From: an uncultured Opitutales bacterium | Lineage (GTDB): Bacteria; Verrucomicrobiota; Verrucomicrobiia; Opitutales; Intestinicryptomonadaceae | Length of the DNA stretch: 32,000 bases | Assembly (NCBI GenBank): GCA_934660865.1 | Contig: CAKUIA010000003.1 | Location: forward strand, 60,001-92,000 | Reading direction: 5' to 3' | Shown: positions 26,732-32,000 of the stretch, in pieces | Layout: every line of letters begins with the position of its first letter | Position numbering within the stretch: the first letter of the stretch is position 1 | Notes under the pieces: generated by a model | Database searches by the model: none | Told to the model about the DNA's origin: nothing | The model's input: the letters and a program-made list of their open reading frames with translations, nothing else | Position numbers and translations under genes: made by a program

Positions 26732-27811
26732 ATGTCGAAGAAAAGAAAAGCTTTCACTCTTATAGAAATAATGGCGGCGGCCTCGATTATGACCGTTGTG
26801 TTTGTTGTTGTGTTGGGCTTGGCAAGCAAGGTTCTTACTACATGGAACAGAACAAGCGGCGAGGTTCGCGCGAACTTTCAGGCAAACGTTCTTATGCGAA
26901 TGTTGCAGGACGACCTTGAAAGCGCAATAATGAAAAAAGACGGCGGCGCGTGGTTCGAAGTTGTCTATACCGACACCGTAGGCCAGCTTACGGGAACAAA
27001 TCCCGACGCAACCGTGCCGCTAATTCCGCCCGACATAATGTTTTTTGCCTCGCCCGTTGCGCGCCCGCGCTATACAAAAGACCAATATAGCGCAAACGCC
27101 TACGAAAGAAAGCCCATTCCGGGCTCGGTTTGCGCGATGCGCTATAAGCTGGCGTTAAAAAGCCCGTTTTTGCAGTCGTCGGCAAACCAAAGCGACAACA
27201 TTCGCCAATACAACGCGTTTTACGGAATGTACAGGGCGGTTATAGATTCGCAGGCAACTTTCGACGACGTTTTGGGCCCCGACGTTCAAGGCTCCGACGA
27301 AAATTCGGCAGAAGACGCCCTTGCAAATTTTTGGTTTACCCAAAACTGCAATCTGCTTGACGAAGACGGGCAGCGCACTTCGGCCGTTCTTAAAACTTGG
27401 ACGCTTTCGCCCGAAAACTTTTTGGCGCAAAACGTTGTAGACTTTAGGATTGGCTTTACCGTTATGTATTACGACGAAGACAAGCGCGCCGCTGGGCAAG
27501 ACCCTAAGTCTTACGCCGAGATTGCCCCCGGAACAAAGTTTACCGTTGCCGAAAAGATTTTGGTAGATTCTCCTCTTCGCCGCAAAAACGCGAGGGGCTC
27601 GTATTCGTACGACGTTATGCCCGAACAGGTAGAAAACGGCTCGATTGTTTATGCCGACGTTTCGATTACCGTACTTACCGACCAGGGTGCAAAGGAGATG
27701 AAGGCAAGAATGGAGCGCAATACGCTTTCTCCCGAATTGTTCAGGGAAATTGTCGTTCAAAACAGCGTAACGGTTGTGCGCCGCATAACCTTTATGAGCG
27801 AAAGACTTTAA
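26732..27811 (+). CDS. Large pseudopilin, GspJ/PulJ-like
   Basis: 359 aa. MSKKRKA|FTLIEIMAAASIM precedes a GspJ-like N-terminal helix (NRTSGEVRANFQANVLMRMLQDDLESA). Confidence 0.65.
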   Translation: MSKKRKAFTLIEIMAAASIMTVVFVVVLGLASKVLTTWNRTSGEVRANFQANVLMRMLQDDLESAIMKKDGGAWFEVVYTDTVGQLTGTNPDATVPLIPPDIMFFASPVARPRYTKDQYSANAYERKPIPGSVCAMRYKLALKSPFLQSSANQSDNIRQYNAFYGMYRAVIDSQATFDDVLGPDVQGSDENSAEDALANFWFTQNCNLLDEDGQRTSAVLKTWTLSPENFLAQNVVDFRIGFTVMYYDEDKRAAGQDPKSYAEIAPGTKFTVAEKILVDSPLRRKNARGSYSYDVMPEQVENGSIVYADVSITVLTDQGAKEMKARMERNTLSPELFREIVVQNSVTVVRRITFMSERL

Positions 27812-27815
27812 TTTT

Positions 27816-28313
27816 ATGCAGTTAACCGAAGAGCAAATTTTAGCCGTAAAAGACGCGCTGGACAATGGCGCGTCGATATCCGACATACAAAAACTTTTGG
27901 CGGACAAGTTTTCGATTTCCATGACTTTTATGGAAACAAGATTTCTGCTGGACGATTTGAATTTGGAGCTTAAATCGGCGCCCGAACCGAAGAAGGAGGA
28001 AAACCTTTCGGGCGACGACGGTTTGGATATTTCGAAAGTTCCCGAAACCTCCAAACCCGAAAGCGCAGAAAGCGCCCGGCAGGGCGAAGGCCAGGCTTTG
28101 GCCGAAGTTGAAGTTTCGCTAAGCCAAATACAGCGCCCCGGCTTTATGGCAAGCGGCACGGTTCGCTTTACCGACGGCGTAAGCGCCGAATGGGGATTGG
28201 ATAACTCCGGCAGGCTTACTCTCGGCGGGCCCGTGCCCGACTATCGTCCGCCCGAAGCCGACATTTCGGCATTTCAGCGCAAGCTTTACGAATTGTTGCA
28301 AGGCAAGATTTAA
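27816..28313 (+). CDS. Hypothetical soluble acidic protein, last gene of the pseudopilin operon
   Basis: 165 aa with no TM segment or signal peptide. It has a helical N-domain, an acidic PE-rich linker and a beta-rich C-domain. It starts 4 nt after the preceding stop and is followed by a terminator. No family was recognised. Confidence 0.55.
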   Translation: MQLTEEQILAVKDALDNGASISDIQKLLADKFSISMTFMETRFLLDDLNLELKSAPEPKKEENLSGDDGLDISKVPETSKPESAESARQGEGQALAEVEVSLSQIQRPGFMASGTVRFTDGVSAEWGLDNSGRLTLGGPVPDYRPPEADISAFQRKLYELLQGKI

Positions 28314-28320
28314 AAAAATT

Positions 28321-28346
28321 GCCCATTATTTTAATGGGCTTTTTTA
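28321..28346 (+). terminator. Rho-independent terminator closing the pseudopilin operon
   Basis: gcccatta / taatgggc hairpin at 28321-28339, followed by tttttt at 28340-28345 and preceded by aaaaaaa. Confidence 0.75.
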
Positions 28347-28353
28347 ATTTTAT

Positions 28354-30438
28354 ATGGGCATAAAAAGGGCATTTTTGTATTTTGCATTCGGCATATCGCT
28401 TGTTACGGTGCTGGCCGTTTTGCTTTTTACATCGTATCTGGAAAGATTTGTTGTAGATGCCGTAGATTCTAAAGTGGAGGAATATGCGGTAAACGCTCTT
28501 TCGAAAGACACCTCTAATATGCTAAAACTTTGCGAAATTAGCCATTTGCAGATTTCGCAGGCGGTAAGCCAGCGCGCCGAAAATCTTAAAAACGCCCTTA
28601 TGGCCGACGGCTTTGCGGGTATCTATTCGGAAACGGGGCAAGACTATATTTTCGGCGACAAATACTATACCGACGCCAGCGGGCCCGTGCTTAAATTCGG
28701 CAATAGGGAAATTTCGAACAACGCCCAGCTAAAGGCTCTTTTGCGCCAATATAGCGTTTCGAAAAACTGCGGTATGGCGGTTTTTGTGCGCACAAACGAA
28801 GACGGCGATATGATGAACGCCGTTGGCGTTCCCGCGGGCGACTATGCTCCCGAAAAGGGGATTTTCAGGATAATAAGCGGCCGCGACGAGGAAAACGCCG
28901 TTATAACCTCGCTGATTTCAAAAGAAAGCACGGGCGAGCTGATACGCTTTAACAACGGCTATGTGTATGCGTACTATGTGCCTATTGTGTCGTCTTTCGG
29001 CGGGGCAAATTCAAAAACAATAGGGGCCATTGCCTGCTATGTTAAAGACGACGCAATGAACAAACTTTGCGCAAACTTTGCCGCAAAAAAATTCGGCAGC
29101 CGCGGCTATTGCTGGATTATTGAGGATACGGGCGGCGGCAAGTTTAAATATAAACTGGCAAAAAACCCGAAACTGCTCGGAACTTTTATTTCCGACGATA
29201 CAAATTCAATACGCCGCAAAAATTCGGAAGAGTTTGCCCAAAACGCGATAATGTTGGGCACGGGCGAGGAATCTGCAAAGGTTTACAATTACGACTACCA
29301 CGGCAAGCCTTCCAGAATGATTGTATGCTATGTGTGCTTTAAGCCGTGGGGGTGGATTTTGGGCGTAACGGGCTTTAGGGGCGAAATTGTTCCCAGCCGC
29401 GCCGAAATTGCCGGGATTGTTTCGCTAAACAAGTGGTATGTTGCGGCGGTGTTCTTCGGCGCGCTGTTTTCGGGCATTGTTATTGCCTGGGTGTTTTCGT
29501 CGTATTTGGCGCGCAACGTAGGCAAAATAAACCGTATGCTAAAGGCGAAAAACGGCGAGGATTTGCAGATGTTTAAATCGTCCATAGCAGAGTTTTCGGG
29601 CATAATACAGTCTTTGCGCGACATAGGCAAATCGGTGCAGGCATTAGACAACGCCTACCAAAACGGTACGGCTTTGCTTGAAAAGTCGTATTCGGAAATG
29701 TCGAAAAACACAACGCTTTTAAACGCCTTGTCGCAAGAGCAGGGCAAAGAAACCGCAAAATCGGTTAAGTTTGCCGACAGTATATACGAGCTTTCCGAAA
29801 CCCTTAAAGTGGCCAGCGGCGAGTTTAATTTGCGCTCGAAAGAGGCCCTTAAATTTGCAAGAACACACGCCGACAACCTAAAGCTGTTTAAAGAGCGTGC
29901 GGTTAAATTGAAAGACTTGGGCGTTGGTTTGGCGTCTAGGTTTGCGCTGGCGAGGGAAATTTTGGACAACCTCGACTACCAATTAAAATATTTGTCGGAG
30001 TCGGGCAGCGGCATAAAAATGCTGGCTTCAAACGCAAAGTTATACGCCCAAGCCCTAAACGTTAAAGACGAATTTAGCGCGGCCGGCTTTTCCGAAAAAA
30101 CGCAGCAAACCGCCGATTTTACCGAAGTTCTGCTCGCGCAAATGGGCGGCAAAATTTCGGCATCGGCGGCCGATATGCGCGAATTTTTGCTGTCTATAGA
30201 CAAATCGGTATACGCAATAGACCTTATTTTAGACAGAATAAACCTTATTACAGAGCGCATTGCCCTGCAGGAGTCGCGCTTCGGCGAAATATCGCGTAGC
30301 GCAATTTCGCAGTCGGAGGAGGCCGTGCAAACCATAGGCGTTATAACCGAGCTTTCGCAAAGCGTTTTCAATATAAAAGACGGCGTTGCCTCTTTCGAAA
30401 AATTCCTGTTCGAGCTTGGCGTTTTGCTTAAAAAGTAG
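28354..30438 (+). CDS. Membrane receptor: TM - double Cache-like periplasmic domain - TM - HAMP-like - divergent MCP-like coiled-coil signalling domain
   Basis: 694 aa with TM1 at LYFAFGISLVTVLAVLLFTSYL. Cache-like blocks are GMAVFVRTNEDGDMMNAVGV, GYVYAYYVPI, GYCWIIEDTGG and FKPWGWILGVTG. TM2 is near residue 360. A 250-aa heptad region follows, with only remnants of the MCP tip (MLASNAKLYAQALNV...AAGF). Confidence 0.7.
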   Translation: MGIKRAFLYFAFGISLVTVLAVLLFTSYLERFVVDAVDSKVEEYAVNALSKDTSNMLKLCEISHLQISQAVSQRAENLKNALMADGFAGIYSETGQDYIFGDKYYTDASGPVLKFGNREISNNAQLKALLRQYSVSKNCGMAVFVRTNEDGDMMNAVGVPAGDYAPEKGIFRIISGRDEENAVITSLISKESTGELIRFNNGYVYAYYVPIVSSFGGANSKTIGAIACYVKDDAMNKLCANFAAKKFGSRGYCWIIEDTGGGKFKYKLAKNPKLLGTFISDDTNSIRRKNSEEFAQNAIMLGTGEESAKVYNYDYHGKPSRMIVCYVCFKPWGWILGVTGFRGEIVPSRAEIAGIVSLNKWYVAAVFFGALFSGIVIAWVFSSYLARNVGKINRMLKAKNGEDLQMFKSSIAEFSGIIQSLRDIGKSVQALDNAYQNGTALLEKSYSEMSKNTTLLNALSQEQGKETAKSVKFADSIYELSETLKVASGEFNLRSKEALKFARTHADNLKLFKERAVKLKDLGVGLASRFALAREILDNLDYQLKYLSESGSGIKMLASNAKLYAQALNVKDEFSAAGFSEKTQQTADFTEVLLAQMGGKISASAADMREFLLSIDKSVYAIDLILDRINLITERIALQESRFGEISRSAISQSEEAVQTIGVITELSQSVFNIKDGVASFEKFLFELGVLLKK

Positions 30439-30503
30439 CAAAGTGCCGCTATGTTTTTAGTTTTGCCGCCGAAAATATTTTTGACAAAATTTTTGGTAAT
30501 ACG

Positions 30504-31336
30504 ATGCACTATGGCTATATGAAAAATTTTTGTTTTGCAGTAGTTGCAGTGTTTTTTAGCGCAGTTTCGTTTGCGCAAATTCGCGTACATTCGCATAGGG
30601 GCGAAAGCGACTTTGCCCCGCAAAATACGGTAGAGGCAATAAAACTTGCCTACGATATGGGCAGCGAAATGATAGAAACCGACTTTTGGCTTACCAAAGA
30701 GGGCACTTTTGTTTGCGTGCACACCCAAAAAGAGCTTAAGCAATTTTGGGGCATAGACAAAAGCCCGGAACTGCTTACAAATGAAGAAATCAAGAATGCG
30801 CGTTTGGTAAACCCCTCGGCTTACGACAAAAAATACGCAAACTGCAAATTGCCAACATTAAAGGACGTGCTGGCTGTAATACCCAAAAACAGGAGTTTCG
30901 AGCTTGAAATAAAACACTACGGCAAAGATTTTGCCGACAAGGTTGAAGCTGGCGCATAGAGGCGGGGCTTGATTATTGGAATATTTTAATAACCTGTTTC
31001 GACCCCGCTGTAATTAGGGATTTTAAGCAGAAATATCCCGAATATAAAACGCAGCTTATAATAAGCTATAACCCGAAAACCGACACAATAAACAACTTGG
31101 TGCGCCGCGCAAAGCATGCCGAGGCTTCCGAAATTGCCATAGGCAACTACCGCAAAATAGACGCCGCCTACGTTAAGCGCCTGCACGACGAAGGCTTTAA
31201 AGTTGGTTTTTGGCAGGTGGAAAATTTAAACGACCTGGCCTACGCCGCCAAATTGGGTGCAGACCGCGTTTGTTCCAACCACGCCTACCGCCTGCGCGAA
31301 GACTTTAAACTAATAAAATCGCTAGATTTTAAGTAA
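30504..31336 (+). pseudogene. Glycerophosphodiester phosphodiesterase (GDPD family) interrupted by a frameshift near 30944-30960
   Basis: The N-part (30504-30959) has a signal peptide plus VHSHRGESDFAPQNTVEAIKLAYDMGSEMIETDFWLTKEGTFVCVH. The protein continues in the -1 frame, which is open from 30947: WRIEAGLDYWNILITCFDPAVIRDFKQKYP...KVGFWQVEN...GADRVCSNH to 31336. Confidence 0.7.
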
Positions 31337-31352
31337 AAAACAAAGGCGTTTT

Positions 31353-32000
31353 TTAGTTGAAAAACTTTTCGGCTTCAAAGCGCGAGATGTTGCGCATATT
31401 TATGTAGCGGCTTTTTAAAAGCATTTGGTTGCTGTGCCCCATATTTAGCTGCAGGCGCGGCAGGTCTTTAAAACGCTTTGCAAAAAAGCTGGCGTAGGTG
31501 TGGCGCAAAACGTCTTGCACCCAGCAGCCGCCAAAGCCCGAGTTGTTGCGTATTTTTTGCCAACGGCGCTGCCAGTTTACAGGGCATATCTTTTGCTGGG
31601 GTTTAGGGTTATAGCTTAGTAAAATGCGCTTTAGTTGCGGCATAATTTCTACTTGGCGCACCCCGCCTGTTTTGGAACACAGCGAGCGCACCGTTATTGT
31701 GTTTTCCTGCAAATCAATATCTTGCCAAGTTAAACGCCTAACTTCGCGCGGGCGAATACCCGCAAAGACCAACAGGGCAACGGCAGGCAAATATATGCCG
31801 TTGTTCTCTTTTTTTGCATTGGCTATAATCTTTTTAATTTCAAACAGCTTTAGTGGCAAAATTTCTTTTTCTATTACCTTTTTTCTTAAAATTTGCTTAA
31901 TGGGGTTTTTGTCGCACCACTCGCGCCTTAGGGCAAATTCAAACAACCCGTGCAGCATAGCGCGCCCTTTGTTGTATTGGCTTGGGGTGTTAAACGCGCA
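31353..32000 (-). CDS. Tyrosine recombinase / phage-type integrase, N-terminus beyond the window edge
   Basis: The reading frame is open to position 32000 (CAFNTPSQYNKGRAMLHGLFEFALRREW...). Catalytic signatures are AGIRPREV (Arg), LRHTYASF (HxxR) and MGHSNQMLLKSRYINM (His...Tyr). Confidence 0.8.
   Translation of the reverse strand, partial: CAFNTPSQYNKGRAMLHGLFEFALRREWCDKNPIKQILRKKVIEKEILPLKLFEIKKIIANAKKENNGIYLPAVALLVFAGIRPREVRRLTWQDIDLQENTITVRSLCSKTGGVRQVEIMPQLKRILLSYNPKPQQKICPVNWQRRWQKIRNNSGFGGCWVQDVLRHTYASFFAKRFKDLPRLQLNMGHSNQMLLKSRYINMRNISRFEAEKFFN

Noticed and set aside
27155-28159. 334-aa minus-strand ORF spanning the J-like pseudopilin and the 165-aa gene
   Set aside because: It is antisense to two translationally coupled plus-strand genes, has no recognisable domain, and crosses a gene boundary.
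29976-30743. 255-aa minus-strand ORF across the end of the receptor gene and the start of the GDPD gene
   Set aside because: It is antisense to two supported genes and spans their intergenic region. The sequence is not protein-like.
1-32000. tRNA, rRNA, CRISPR arrays and large direct or inverted repeats
   Set aside because: All intergenic gaps were read: 488-581, 2984-3038, 4506-4598, 18279-18791, 19359-19407, 19612-19736, 23413-23590, 23831-23967, 24607-24710 and 30439-30503. None shows a cloverleaf-capable sequence or regularly spaced repeats. The recurring ~24-nt similarity at the five pilin gene starts is simply the conserved AFTL[IV]E coding sequence.
1-32000. Very frequent TTTTGC/GCAAAA hexamers on both strands, considered as a possible uptake-signal or repeat element
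   Set aside because: The occurrences sit in-frame in coding regions and are explained by codon and dipeptide bias (Phe-Ala, Ala-Lys). There is no extended conserved flank. I cannot compute enrichment here, so no claim is made.

Overview
Bacterial chromosomal window, densely coding, with no rRNA, tRNA or CRISPR array seen. The lineage cannot be assigned from the sequence alone. Pseudopilin-rich content and weak Shine-Dalgarno usage are noted but are not diagnostic. Left to right: (1) the 3' end of priA; (2) a compact four-gene phage-like DNA-packaging module ending in an intact terminase large subunit, with no other phage genes nearby; (3) a secreted GH28 pectinase-like enzyme; (4) a 13.7 kb run of 11 tightly packed minus-strand genes: pheS, pheT, tatC, a family-5 peptide-binding lipoprotein, a fused OppB-OppC permease, a Sel1 protein, birA, coaX, a TPR protein, a small HhH-like protein and a beta-CASP MBL nuclease; (5) a 514 bp non-coding region with paired operator palindromes, a promoter and an orphan terminator hairpin, next to a TetR gene; (6) purC, a thrS lacking the TGS domain, an outer-membrane beta-barrel gene and tatA; (7) the most unusual locus, a stand-alone plus-strand operon of five pseudopilins (G, G', H, I, J-like). 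All five have Ala rather than Gly at the -1 prepilin cleavage position. The operon also encodes an unrecognisable 165-aa soluble protein and ends in a strong terminator. A Cache-HAMP receptor with a degenerate MCP-like signalling domain starts 8 nt after that terminator; (8) a frameshifted glycerophosphodiester phosphodiesterase and a tyrosine recombinase that runs off the right edge. All functional calls rest on motif and architecture recognition by eye; no database search was run.
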